Shown here piece by piece: positions 47,821-57,954 of a stretch of 64,000 nucleotides of DNA. A program made the translations under genes and the position numbers. The DNA comes from an uncultured bacterium. GTDB taxonomy: Bacteria > Fidelibacterota > UBA2242. Where the stretch lies: the NCBI GenBank assembly GCA_964588795.1, contig CAZPQN010000003.1:18639-82638 (forward strand). The letters are read 5' to 3'. The first letter of the stretch is position 1; the number at the start of each line of letters is the position of its first letter. Under the pieces are notes generated by a model that saw only the letters and a program-made list of their open reading frames with translations, did not search any database and had not been told where the DNA came from.

Positions 47821-49005
47821 TTGTATATTTGGCGATTTTTTTCTAATCTGTCAGCAGACATGCAGACGACTAGGACACATTATCAGAGGTACCGATTAAT
47901 TGGCTCGTTGTTATTCCAGATGGGAATCGCCGGTAGCGTGATTGGTCAGGGTCAGACCAACCCGGCAAGTACCTGGGATTTTCGCGGACAGTTGGAACTG
48001 AGTGGCAGTCTGAGCCGTTATCAGCAGATCTGGTCGAGACGGGGAACCGCCCGGTATCTGCCATCAATCGAATACCAGCACCAATTGTCAGAGGCCAGGA
48101 CTCTCGGCGCGGATTTCTCTGTCATCCTGTTCGCGGATAGTATAAAAAAACCTGCCCCCGAAAACGTTGATCTCTACCGTCTGAGCTTCCGCTATGCGAC
48201 TCCCCAAAGTGAATGGCAGTTCGGTTTGCAGAAAATCAATTTTGGACCGGCTCAGATTCTGCGTTCCTTGATGTGGTTCGACCGCCTTGATATTCGGGAT
48301 CCGCTGAAAGCTACCACCGGCGTCTGGGGACTACGCTGGCGCTATAATTACCTGAATAATGCCAACGCCTGGCTATGGGTGCTCTATGGCAACGACGGTA
48401 CCAAAGGGATGGAAACGGTGCCGACAGCGCAAGGTCGCCCGGAACTCGGCGGTCGTTTTCAAATTCCAGTACGCTCCGGCGAAGTGGCGATGACAATACA
48501 TCAACGGGCGCTTGCCCAGCCCTTCGATAAGGATGAAACCCGGGTGGCCTTCGACGGACGCTGGGATTTCATCTTGGGCTGGTGGCTCGAAGCAGTCTGG
48601 CATAATAATAGCCCGGACCTCAAATATGCGGTCACCGGGGGAGTGGATTACACCTTCGGAATTGGCAATGGCCTTTATACCATACTCGAGCATAAAACCA
48701 ATTTTTTCCCAACCAGCAATCGCTTTCCTGAAATGAATCTGACCGGGCTGACCCATTGGCACGGCTACGATCTGCTTAAGGTCTCTGCATTGATGCTCAC
48801 TTACCCTCTGACGCTGTTCGATAACCTGGTGGCGGTAGGTTATTATTCATGGGCTACGAATGAGTTTTTCGAATATTTGGGCTGGCAGAGAACCTTCGAC
48901 AGAGTGATTATTAACCTGAGCTTTTTTAATTACCCTGGACCGACACTGGCTACGGGAAAAATGGCTGGTTCTGGCGCCCAGCTTATGTTAATTTACAATC
49001 ATTGA
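47821..49005 (+). CDS. putative outer-membrane beta-barrel protein (start uncertain)
   Basis: No cytoplasmic motif; alternating aromatic/hydrophilic pattern; loosely resembles ORF 18729..20207; upstream of Lol-like ABC operon. Confidence 0.35.
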   Translation: MYIWRFFSNLSADMQTTRTHYQRYRLIGSLLFQMGIAGSVIGQGQTNPASTWDFRGQLELSGSLSRYQQIWSRRGTARYLPSIEYQHQLSEARTLGADFSVILFADSIKKPAPENVDLYRLSFRYATPQSEWQFGLQKINFGPAQILRSLMWFDRLDIRDPLKATTGVWGLRWRYNYLNNANAWLWVLYGNDGTKGMETVPTAQGRPELGGRFQIPVRSGEVAMTIHQRALAQPFDKDETRVAFDGRWDFILGWWLEAVWHNNSPDLKYAVTGGVDYTFGIGNGLYTILEHKTNFFPTSNRFPEMNLTGLTHWHGYDLLKVSALMLTYPLTLFDNLVAVGYYSWATNEFFEYLGWQRTFDRVIINLSFFNYPGPTLATGKMAGSGAQLMLIYNH

Positions 49006-49031
49006 CAGTGGTTTGATAAAGGGGACAATTC

Positions 49032-49733
49032 ATGCACAACTCGGCAATTATCACAATCCAGAATCTGGTTAAAGACTATCCCATAGGTGGCGGTTCATTC
49101 CGGGCGTTGAGCGACATCAGTCTGCAAATCGGTCAAGGTGAATTTATCGGTTTGGTCGGCCCGAGTGGCAGCGGCAAAACAACTTTGCTGAATATCATTG
49201 GTGCACTTGATAATCCCACCGCGGGACATACCGAAGTCCTGGGACATACCATCGAGAACCTCAGCCACCGGCAGGCCGCACGGTTGCGCAACTCCTATCT
49301 CGGATTTATTTTCCAGACCTATAACCTGTTGCCCGTGTACAATGTTTACGAAAACGTGGAATTTCCGTTGCTATTATTGAAAAAGAGTCAAAATGAACGT
49401 CGGGAACTGACTCTGCGCGCTCTGGAATGGGTGGGCTTGACCGATAAAATCAAGTCCCGTCCGGCTCAACTCTCCGGTGGGGAGTGCCAGCGCGTCGCCA
49501 TTGCCCGGGCTATGGTCAAGCAACCCCAGGTCGTGTTGGCCGATGAACCGACCGCCAACTTGGACGCCGCCAATTCCCACCACATCTTGCAGACCATGGC
49601 GAAGCTCAACACCGAGCTCAAAACGACCTTTATCTTCGCGACCCATGATGACAAGGTCATCGGCTACCTGCGCCGCAAAGTCAGTCTGGCGGATGGTCAC
49701 GTGATAAAAGACGAAAACATCGTACAATCCTGA
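49032..49733 (+). CDS. ABC transporter ATP-binding protein, LolD/MacB-type
   Basis: Walker A GPSGSGKTT, signature LSGGECQRVAIARA, Walker B VVLADEPT, 233 aa. Confidence 0.85.
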   Translation: MHNSAIITIQNLVKDYPIGGGSFRALSDISLQIGQGEFIGLVGPSGSGKTTLLNIIGALDNPTAGHTEVLGHTIENLSHRQAARLRNSYLGFIFQTYNLLPVYNVYENVEFPLLLLKKSQNERRELTLRALEWVGLTDKIKSRPAQLSGGECQRVAIARAMVKQPQVVLADEPTANLDAANSHHILQTMAKLNTELKTTFIFATHDDKVIGYLRRKVSLADGHVIKDENIVQS

Positions 49734-49746
49734 ACAGGAGAGTAGC

Positions 49747-50919
49747 ATGTTAGCATTAAAACTTGCTTTCCGCAACCTGATGGGCGCCCGTTTGCGCACC
49801 TGGTTGAATGTATTTGTACTATCCCTGGCTTTCGTCTTAGTTATCTGGTTCAAAGGAGTACTGAACGGCTGGGACCGCCAGGCGCGCCGTGAAACGATTA
49901 ACTGGCAAATCGGTGGCGGGCAGTACTGGCAAGAGAATTACGACCCTTACGACCCTTTCACAATTGAAGATAGCCACGCGCTTTTGACCGATTCGATCCA
50001 AAAAGAAATCGGACAGGGACATCTGACCCCCATGCTGATCAGTCAGGCGACGATCTACCCGCAGGGACGCATCCAGAATGTCAAATTGCAGGGCGTTGAT
50101 CCAAATCAGAAAATCCTCGCCCTGCCTTCCGAGTATCTGAACACGACGGACGGTGGCATTCCGGCGATGATTGGCGAACGCACCGCCCGCAACAGTAAAT
50201 TGTCCATTGGGGACTTTGTCACCATCCGCTGGCGGGACGCCAATGGAACTTTCGACGCCGATGAAATCCGTATCGTGCACATCTTCAAAACTGACGTGGG
50301 TACGATGGATATGGGGGTCGTATGGATTCCCTTGAAAAAGCATCAGGAAATGATGCGCCTGTCCAACTCCGCGACTATCCTTACCACCGCTCAGGAAGCC
50401 GGTTTTCGGGGGCCATTCACCGGCTGGGATTTTAAGGATCATGCCTATCTGTTAAAAGAAATTGAAGCTATGATCGAGACCAAGTCAATCGGTGGTATAG
50501 TCATGTTCCTGTTTCTGATGTCGCTGGCGATGCTGGCGATTTTTGATACTCAGGTATTATCTATTTTCCGACGCCAGAAAGAAATCGGCACGCAAATCGC
50601 CCTGGGTATGACCCGCCCTCAGGTCGTGACCCTGTTTACCATTGAAGGAGCGATGCATTCCGTTTTTGCCGCAATCTTAGCCGCAATTTACGGTGCGCCG
50701 CTACTGGCTCTGCAAGCCAAAGTCGGTTGGAAGATGCCCGCCGGAACCGACGATTTCGGTCTGACCATTTCCGAAACGATCTACCCGGCTTACTCGGTAG
50801 GATTGGTGCTGGGCACAACCCTTTTGGTGATGATCACCACGACTATTGTCAGTTATCTTCCCGCCCGCCGGATTGCGAAGATGAATCCGACCGATGCCAT
50901 CAGAGGAAAAATCCAATGA
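49747..50919 (+). CDS. ABC transporter permease, FtsX/LolC/LolE family
   Basis: N-terminal LALKLAFRNLMGARLRTWLN; TM1, large periplasmic domain, 3 C-terminal TMs. Confidence 0.75.
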   Translation: MLALKLAFRNLMGARLRTWLNVFVLSLAFVLVIWFKGVLNGWDRQARRETINWQIGGGQYWQENYDPYDPFTIEDSHALLTDSIQKEIGQGHLTPMLISQATIYPQGRIQNVKLQGVDPNQKILALPSEYLNTTDGGIPAMIGERTARNSKLSIGDFVTIRWRDANGTFDADEIRIVHIFKTDVGTMDMGVVWIPLKKHQEMMRLSNSATILTTAQEAGFRGPFTGWDFKDHAYLLKEIEAMIETKSIGGIVMFLFLMSLAMLAIFDTQVLSIFRRQKEIGTQIALGMTRPQVVTLFTIEGAMHSVFAAILAAIYGAPLLALQAKVGWKMPAGTDDFGLTISETIYPAYSVGLVLGTTLLVMITTTIVSYLPARRIAKMNPTDAIRGKIQ

Positions 50920-52190
50920 TCAAGTTTATCTTACGCGGTTTGTTACGCGATCGGCACCGTAGTTTGTTTCCATTCCTGATTGTGACGTTGGGAGTCTGGA
51001 TTGCGGTCTTCATGCAAGCCTATATGAATGGCGTCCTGTCAGATATGGTTGATTATAACGCCCGTTATGCCACCGGACATGTCAAGGTCATGAGCCGGGC
51101 TTATGCTGAAAATGTCGATCAACTCCCCAATGACTTAGCCTTGACCGGCGTCTCGAATCTCATGCAAAGACTCCAGCAGGAATACCCCGATATGACCTGG
51201 GTCAGACGTATCCAGTTCGGTGGATTACTGGACATTCCCGATGATAATGGAGAAACCCGGGCACAATGCATGGTCATCGGGATGGGCGTGGATTTACTGA
51301 GTCCCGCAAGTTCGGAAATCAACACCCTCAATATCGGCAATTCGCTCGTGTCCGGACGCATGCCACGCGAAGCGGGCGAAATTCTGGTCAGCGTGGACAT
51401 GGCGGAAAAACTGGGCGTTCAGCCCGGCGAAGTCGCCACGCTTTTGTCCTCCAGTATGTACGGCAGTATGGTTATTTACAATTTTAGCGTGGTCGGCACT
51501 CTTCGATTTGGGGTGCAGATGATGGATCGGGGTGCAATGATCGCGGATGTGACTGACGTGCAGGCAGCACTCGACATGCAGGACGCCGCCGGTGAAATTA
51601 TCGGTTATCTGCCGAATCGTGTCTATGATGATTTGGCCTGTCAGGACATCGTCCGCAAATTCAACGCGGGATATGAGCGGGATACGAGTGAGTTTGCACC
51701 GGTCATGGGCACTCTGAAGGAAATAAGCAATTTGGGTGGCTACCTCGATATGGCTTCCAGCTTCTCAAGTATCATCGTGGCGGTCTTCATGATGGTAATG
51801 TCGGTGGTGCTCTGGAACGCCGGACTTTTAGGCGGCTTGCGACGCTATGGCGAAGTCGGCGTGCGCTTAGCCATTGGTGAGAACAAGAGCCATATTTTCC
51901 GCACGATGATTTACGAGTCAATGGCTATCGGGCTATTTGGTTCGATTACTGGAACAGTCTTTGGTCTGGGCTGCGCTTACTGGATGCAGGTCAAGGGATT
52001 GGACATCAGCAATCTGATGAAAAATGTCAATATGATGATCCCTACTATTTTTCGCGCCCGAATCACCCCGACGACCTACTACATCGGCTTTTTCCCTGGC
52101 CTGCTGGCCACGGTGTTGGGTACGGCTCTGGCTGGCATCGGCATTTACCGGCGGCAGACAGCCTCATTATTCAAGGAGTTGGAAGCATGA
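50916..52190 (+). CDS. ABC transporter permease, FtsX/LolC/LolE family (second copy)
   Basis: ATGA overlap with upstream permease stop; MIKFILRGLLRDRHRSLFPFLIVTLGVWIAVF; same topology. Confidence 0.75.
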   Translation: MIKFILRGLLRDRHRSLFPFLIVTLGVWIAVFMQAYMNGVLSDMVDYNARYATGHVKVMSRAYAENVDQLPNDLALTGVSNLMQRLQQEYPDMTWVRRIQFGGLLDIPDDNGETRAQCMVIGMGVDLLSPASSEINTLNIGNSLVSGRMPREAGEILVSVDMAEKLGVQPGEVATLLSSSMYGSMVIYNFSVVGTLRFGVQMMDRGAMIADVTDVQAALDMQDAAGEIIGYLPNRVYDDLACQDIVRKFNAGYERDTSEFAPVMGTLKEISNLGGYLDMASSFSSIIVAVFMMVMSVVLWNAGLLGGLRRYGEVGVRLAIGENKSHIFRTMIYESMAIGLFGSITGTVFGLGCAYWMQVKGLDISNLMKNVNMMIPTIFRARITPTTYYIGFFPGLLATVLGTALAGIGIYRRQTASLFKELEA

Positions 52191-52930
52191 AAATCGTAAC
52201 GGGTGGTTTAGTACTTTGCCTTTTAGTACAGTTCCCCACCGCTCAGACTCTTAGCGGGCGGGAAATCCTGGACCGGGTCGATCAAAACCGCATCGTGGGA
52301 CAGGCCATCAGCGTGACCACGATGATCATTCACGGACGCAGTGGTACCAGAACCATCCAGGCGCGTGCCTGGAGCGATGGCACCGAAAAAGCCTTCGTGG
52401 AGTACCTTTCGCCCGCTCGTGAAAAAGGCAAAAAAATGCTGAAACTGGCCAAACAGCTCTGGATTTACACTCCGGAACCAAATGACCGGATCATCGCCAT
52501 CTCCGGTCACCTTTTGCGGCAATCCGTGATGGGCTCTGACCTATCTTACGAAGATATGCTTGAAAATGACATCTTACAGGATCAGTACGAAGCCCGTGTG
52601 TTGGGACAGGAAACACTGCATGATCGGCAATGCTATTTACTCGAGTTGACAGCACGCATGGACAACATCGCCTACCATTCCCGCAAAATCTGGGTCGACA
52701 GCGAACGCTATTTGCCATTGAAAGAAAATCGCTATGCCCGCGGGGGTAAACTGCTGAAAACTACCACCGTGCATTCCGTATTTCAGGTTGACGGGCACTG
52801 GTTGCCGAAGAAGATGACATTCCGCGATATGCTGTCGAGCGGCGGCGGCACGGAATATATCATTGACTCGCTTGATTTCAAGGTTAACATCCCCGATTAC
52901 CAGTTTACCAAAGCCGCTCTGCGCAAATAG
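52187..52930 (+). CDS. LolA-like periplasmic protein (paralog of 20219..20962)
   Basis: ATGA overlap with permease stop (translational coupling); signal peptide; shares ...SDLSYEDM... block with the other copy. Confidence 0.55.
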   Translation: MKIVTGGLVLCLLVQFPTAQTLSGREILDRVDQNRIVGQAISVTTMIIHGRSGTRTIQARAWSDGTEKAFVEYLSPAREKGKKMLKLAKQLWIYTPEPNDRIIAISGHLLRQSVMGSDLSYEDMLENDILQDQYEARVLGQETLHDRQCYLLELTARMDNIAYHSRKIWVDSERYLPLKENRYARGGKLLKTTTVHSVFQVDGHWLPKKMTFRDMLSSGGGTEYIIDSLDFKVNIPDYQFTKAALRK

Positions 52931-52939
52931 GCGCACGAA

Positions 52940-53830
52940 TCAGTTTTTCTTACGGTCTTTATCGGCGAAATACTTGCTGACCAGATAGAGCGTGTTTTTT
53001 TCCGCAGTCGTCAGGTTATCGTAACCATCGCGACTGACTTTGTCGAGGATGCGGTCCAGTTCCTCGCGCATGGTTTCTTCAGTTTGATAGGATGGGGGTC
53101 GATCGGGACGGCGGGTTTTCGTCCGGAATAACCGGTGCAGGGGATTTTTCCAGTTCCAATGTAACCGGGGTAAGTGGCAACGTGGCAGACGGATGCGGGG
53201 AAAGTGCCAGAAACGGTCGCGGCGCAGATAAATATAACCGACCAGCAACCCGCCTAAATGCGTCAGATGCGAGATGTTGCTAGCGGAGCTGCTGAAGGTC
53301 GAAAAAAATGTCACTGCGCCCATGATCAGGACGAAATATTTGGCTTTGACGGGTATCAGAAAATAGACATTGATATAGCGCTCCGGAAAGAGCAGGGCGA
53401 AGGCTAAGAGAATGCCGTAAATTGCCCCGCTGGCACCCACTACGGGAATCGGTGAATTCCAACTGAACAGCAGAGTCAGCAAACCTGAACCTACTCCTGT
53501 CAGAAAATAATATTTATAGAACTCGCGTTTGCCCCAGTTGTATTCAATCTCCTGCCCAAACATCCAGAGCACGAACATATTGACAAACAGATGTCCGAAC
53601 CCTCCATGGATGAATAAATAAGTGCACAGTTGCCAGAGATAACCGCGATTGATGATCGCCTGCGGCACAAGACCGAAATAGACGACGAAATAACGTTCCG
53701 CCCGCAGTAGAACCATGACCAGAAAAACAACCCCATTGGCGATGATCAGATTCTTTACCGCACCCCGGAAAATGCGCGGCCGGATATAAGAATAACCCGA
53801 CGGGGGACGATAGTTGGAGTAATAGTTCAT
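52940..53830 (-). CDS. rhomboid family intramembrane serine protease with basic C-terminal tail
   Basis: GASGAIYGILLAF (GxSG) and HLGGLLVGY (His) motifs in TM helices. Confidence 0.8.
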   Translation of the reverse strand: MNYYSNYRPPSGYSYIRPRIFRGAVKNLIIANGVVFLVMVLLRAERYFVVYFGLVPQAIINRGYLWQLCTYLFIHGGFGHLFVNMFVLWMFGQEIEYNWGKREFYKYYFLTGVGSGLLTLLFSWNSPIPVVGASGAIYGILLAFALLFPERYINVYFLIPVKAKYFVLIMGAVTFFSTFSSSASNISHLTHLGGLLVGYIYLRRDRFWHFPRIRLPRCHLPRLHWNWKNPLHRLFRTKTRRPDRPPSYQTEETMREELDRILDKVSRDGYDNLTTAEKNTLYLVSKYFADKDRKKN

Positions 53831-54585
53831 CGGTTTCCCATTCCGATCAGCATTTCGAGACTTTTGAGCTTCGGCGTCACATCAAGATGCCAGGCGATAT
53901 ATTGGACTATCAGACGCGCAAGGTCTTCGTGACTCACGGAAGAATTGGTGCAAGCAATGTCGTCGGCAGAAGCGCCGGCGGTTATCTGGCGTAAAAAGGT
54001 GAGGCTCGCACGGTTCAGCTTAGGCGGGGCGATTAGGTTTTGTCCGCACTTTTCGCAGACAAAGCCACCGGACGTAGAATCGTAAAATGCCTCCCCGAGC
54101 AACCGGTGACATTGCCCGCAGGTGTCAAATGCCGGTTGGTAGCCGAGGGCGGTCGCCAATTGTAACAGAAAAGCGATAAAAACCACCGCCCGATTCGAAG
54201 ACCGGTCTTGCAGACGATCCAGGATTTCGGTCGCCAGTCGGAAAAGATTTTCGTCGGGATGATGTTCGGGGATGAATTTTTCGAGACATTCGATCACTGC
54301 GGTGCCATAAATAGGCGCGCTCAGCTCAACCTCGCCATAAAAGTAATTTTTCAGCGGGGTAACCTTGCTGAGAGTTTGAATTTCACGAGTGGCCTTGTAA
54401 TAAAAGATGACCTCCGCCAGATTCAATGGCTCCAGATACCCTCGGAAGGTGCTTTTCAAACGGCGGGCACCCTTGGCAATCACCGCCACCTTGCCCTGCG
54501 ATTCGGTGAACAGGCGCACGATTAGACTACTTTCCTGAAAAGGGATATGCCTCAGGATCAAAGCGCGAGTAGTTATGATAGCCAT
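53827..54585 (-). CDS. recO: DNA repair protein RecO
   Basis: N-terminal OB-fold region ALILRHIPFQESSLIVRLFTESQGKVAVIAKGARR; C4 zinc finger CGQCH...CEKCG. Confidence 0.8.
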   Translation of the reverse strand: MAIITTRALILRHIPFQESSLIVRLFTESQGKVAVIAKGARRLKSTFRGYLEPLNLAEVIFYYKATREIQTLSKVTPLKNYFYGEVELSAPIYGTAVIECLEKFIPEHHPDENLFRLATEILDRLQDRSSNRAVVFIAFLLQLATALGYQPAFDTCGQCHRLLGEAFYDSTSGGFVCEKCGQNLIAPPKLNRASLTFLRQITAGASADDIACTNSSVSHEDLARLIVQYIAWHLDVTPKLKSLEMLIGMGNR

Positions 54586-54643
54586 GTCAGGATCATTCTA
54601 AGTGTTCAACTATCACACGCGCGTCGTCATCAGTCTCCAGGCA

Positions 54644-56071
54644 TTAGTAAGCCTTGGCGAGAATGACGGTCTGCTGTGCCGGTTGGCCGGTATAGAAGCA
54701 CTTACCCTTAGCCGCCTGATCGAAGGGAATAACCCGGATGGTAGCTTTGGTCTCTTCCTGGATGCGCGCTTCATCTTCTCTCCCGCCTGCCCATAGCGCC
54801 CGCACAAAGCCGCCTTTTTCGATGATGTCTTTGAATTGCGTGTAATTCTCTGCCGGGAATGTATTTTGCTCGCGGAAATCACGAGCACGCTGGAATAATT
54901 CCTGCTGGATCCGGTCGAGGATCTCCGGAATTACCGCGGCGACATTGACCACCGGAATGCGCAGTTTTTCACGCGTATCGCGACGTGCCAAAATTACTGC
55001 CTGCCCCGCGACGTCTTTCGGGCCGACCTCGATCCGCAGCGGCACGCCCTTCATCTCATAATGATTGAATTTCCAGCCCGGCGTTTCCTGCTCATTCGTG
55101 TCATAAAGGAATCGCACTTTTAAAGCTTCCAGCGCCTGGATCAGGGGACTGACAAAAGCCTTGATCAGGTCTTTATCCTCGGCGCTTTTCCAGATGGGAA
55201 CGATGACCACCTGCAAGGGAGCTATGCGCGGTGGCAGGATCAATCCTTTGTCATCGCCATGGGTCATGACTACGCCACCCACCAGACGCGTGCTGACGCC
55301 CCAGCTGGTAGCGTAGACATACTCCAACTGATTAGCATGGTTCAAAAACTGGACATCGAAGGCTTTGGCAAAGTTCTGTCCTAAAAAATGAGAGGTGCCA
55401 GCCTGCAGCGCTTTCTTGTCACCCATCATGGCTTCGATGGCATAAGTGTCCACGGCACCAGCAAATTTCTGGGCGTCGGTTTTACGACCGACGAACACTG
55501 GCATCGCCAAATAATCTTCCGCCAGCTGCCGATAGAGTTCCAGAATACGGAGAGTCTCTTCCTCGGCTTCGACGGCGGTGGCGTGTGCAGTGTGTCCTTC
55601 CTGCCAGAGAAATTCGGTCGTCCGCAGGAACAGGCGGGTGCGCAATTCCCAGCGTACGACATTCGCCCATTGATTAATAAGAATCGGCAGGTCGCGGTAG
55701 GATTTGATCCACTTTTTATACATGGCCCAGATGATTGTTTCTGAAGTGGGACGAATGTAGAGTGGTTCATCCAGAGGTTTACCGCCGCCGATGGTTACTA
55801 CGGCGCATTCCGGAGCAAAGCCTTCGACATGCTCGGCTTCTCTTTTCAGATAGCTTTCCGGAATGAACAGCGGAAAGTAGGCATTGACATGCCCGGAGGC
55901 TTTGAACATCCGGTCGGCAATATCCCGAATATTCTCCCAGAGTGCATAACCGTAGGGGCGAATGACCATGGTGCCTTTGACCGGTCCATAGTCAGCCAGT
56001 TCAGCTTTCTGAACAACATCGGTATACCATTTGGCATAATCTTCACTGCGTTTGGTGACACTGATCGACAC
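54644..56071 (-). CDS. proS: prolyl-tRNA synthetase, archaeal/eukaryotic-type class II
   Basis: N-terminal [35 protein letters not shown] and class II motifs; 475 aa without bacterial-type INS domain. Confidence 0.9.
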   Translation of the reverse strand: MSISVTKRSEDYAKWYTDVVQKAELADYGPVKGTMVIRPYGYALWENIRDIADRMFKASGHVNAYFPLFIPESYLKREAEHVEGFAPECAVVTIGGGKPLDEPLYIRPTSETIIWAMYKKWIKSYRDLPILINQWANVVRWELRTRLFLRTTEFLWQEGHTAHATAVEAEEETLRILELYRQLAEDYLAMPVFVGRKTDAQKFAGAVDTYAIEAMMGDKKALQAGTSHFLGQNFAKAFDVQFLNHANQLEYVYATSWGVSTRLVGGVVMTHGDDKGLILPPRIAPLQVVIVPIWKSAEDKDLIKAFVSPLIQALEALKVRFLYDTNEQETPGWKFNHYEMKGVPLRIEVGPKDVAGQAVILARRDTREKLRIPVVNVAAVIPEILDRIQQELFQRARDFREQNTFPAENYTQFKDIIEKGGFVRALWAGGREDEARIQEETKATIRVIPFDQAAKGKCFYTGQPAQQTVILAKAY

Positions 56072-56080
56072 GATAAATTC

Positions 56081-56758
56081 CTATATTAAATCCTTGGTTT
56101 TTTCCTTAAATCCGATGCGATGGTAGGGGTTGACGATGCTGGTGCAGACATTGAACAGATGCGCGGCGACCCGTTTCAGAAAACGGCTGTAGAGTGCTAA
56201 GGTCACGGCATCGGAAACACTGCACTGGCATTCCCCTTTCACTAACGTATTGGTCAGAATGGCGCTGTCACGCGATACATCTTTGTAGCCGTTGAGAACC
56301 TGGCGGGCTAAATCTGCATCCGACTCCGGAAAGGCTTTGACCGTCAAATCAAAAAACTCCTTAACCTTCTGCTCGATACCGGTGATGGTGGCTTCAAACT
56401 CGCCCCCGCTGAGGAGTGCTTTGTGCAAGGTTGCCAGGTCGGCGATATTTTTTGTATAATCCCCAATCCGCTCAATATCCGTGACGACATTAGCCAGCGT
56501 CAGACCGGAAACAATCTCACTTTTCTCGGTAATTAAAAGATGCGTAAGCACTTTTTTACGGACATCCCGTTCGAGTTTGTTAATGGTTTTGTCATGCTGA
56601 TAGATATCAATACGCAACTGACCGGTGTCGCTCTCGCGTAGCGACCATACCGCCTCGAAAAACATCTCACGTGTCAGGGAAAGCATTTTTTCCGCCAATT
56701 CCAACGTTTCCGCTGTCAGCGTCTTTTTTCTCCACAACCTGATAAATTCGCCAAACAT
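56081..56758 (-). CDS. PhoU-domain protein (likely split C-terminal regulatory part of Na/Pi cotransporter)
   Basis: Two helical PhoU-like repeats; immediately downstream (2-nt gap) of Na/Pi cotransporter gene. Confidence 0.55.
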   Translation of the reverse strand: MFGEFIRLWRKKTLTAETLELAEKMLSLTREMFFEAVWSLRESDTGQLRIDIYQHDKTINKLERDVRKKVLTHLLITEKSEIVSGLTLANVVTDIERIGDYTKNIADLATLHKALLSGGEFEATITGIEQKVKEFFDLTVKAFPESDADLARQVLNGYKDVSRDSAILTNTLVKGECQCSVSDAVTLALYSRFLKRVAAHLFNVCTSIVNPYHRIGFKEKTKDLI

Positions 56759-56760
56759 AT

Positions 56761-57855
56761 TTACCTCGATATGAAAATTAGAATTATTGGAATAATAAAA
56801 AACAGCGTCGCCACATAGACGATTGCATAAACCCGGTTACGGCGCGTCAAACTAGCCAGACCACGGGCTAAAGCGATCGGCAGCCTCTGCAAAGGCAGAA
56901 ATATACACGTGCCGAAAATATTGAATATTGTATGCGAGAAAGCGATCGTAATCGCATTGATATTGCCGGTAGCCATTGCCGCTAAAAAAGCCGTGATAGT
57001 GGTGCCGATGTTGGCTCCCAGGTCATACGGATAAATTTTCTTCAGCGTCAGGATCCCCGCCGCCGCCAACGGCACAACCAGAGATGTGGTAATCGAACTA
57101 CTCTGGACGATGGTGGTCAAAACTAATCCTAAAAGAAAAGCCCGCACAGTATTTTTAAAAATGTACTGATCAAAGAACACTTCGACCTTGGCCAGCACCA
57201 AGGATTTAATCACTCTGACCAGAAAAGTCAGCGCCACAAACAACAGTACGAAAGCAAGAATGATATTGAGCCAAAGATGTCCGGGAAAAAGTCCGCAAAT
57301 CCTCATTGCCACCGGATCGAGAATCTTACCCAATGGATTGATGAGCCTTAAACCGCCCACGTTCTCGAACAATTCGGCGATAAAATGCGCGCTACGCCCG
57401 ATAATATTGAAAAAATATTGCAGTGGGAAAAGTAATAGTACGGCAAGAATGTTAAAGAAATCATGCACCGTCGCTGCGGCGAATGCGCGTTCAAATTCAT
57501 CTTTTTTCCCGATATGCCCGATTGAAACCAACACATTGGTAATGGTGGTCCCAATATTGGCGCCCATGATAATGGGTATGGCCAGCCCAATAGTCAGCAC
57601 TTCTCCCGCGACCATGCTCACCACCAACGAAGAAGTCAGGGAAGAGCTTTGGACGATAGCGGTGGTCAGTACGCCAACAATCAAACCCACAAACGGATTG
57701 GAAACGCCCTGCATTACTTTGGTGGCAAAGTCCGCCCCCATCAGTTTCAGCGAACTGCCGATGATGGTAATGCTCAGTAAAAACAGGTATACTAACACCA
57801 AGATGGCGCTGCCTTTGAGAAGAGTGCGTAATCGGTGTATGCTTTTCAGCTCCAT
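56761..57855 (-). CDS. Na+/phosphate cotransporter family (NptA-like) membrane protein
   Basis: Duplicated SSLTSSLVVSMVA / SSSITTSLVVPLA re-entrant loop motifs. Confidence 0.8.
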   Translation of the reverse strand: MELKSIHRLRTLLKGSAILVLVYLFLLSITIIGSSLKLMGADFATKVMQGVSNPFVGLIVGVLTTAIVQSSSLTSSLVVSMVAGEVLTIGLAIPIIMGANIGTTITNVLVSIGHIGKKDEFERAFAAATVHDFFNILAVLLLFPLQYFFNIIGRSAHFIAELFENVGGLRLINPLGKILDPVAMRICGLFPGHLWLNIILAFVLLFVALTFLVRVIKSLVLAKVEVFFDQYIFKNTVRAFLLGLVLTTIVQSSSITTSLVVPLAAAGILTLKKIYPYDLGANIGTTITAFLAAMATGNINAITIAFSHTIFNIFGTCIFLPLQRLPIALARGLASLTRRNRVYAIVYVATLFFIIPIILIFISR

Positions 57856-57954
57856 TATTTTCCTGATTTAAGGTTAAAAAAGTGGTGCAAAGTTACACAA
57901 AATTTACGATTTTCACCGCATGTAATGTTCAAATGCCCAGGCTGTAGGCGCGGC

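Noticed and set aside
49837-50442. 201-aa minus-strand ORF
   Set aside because: Antisense to FtsX permease 1; no domain; shadow ORF
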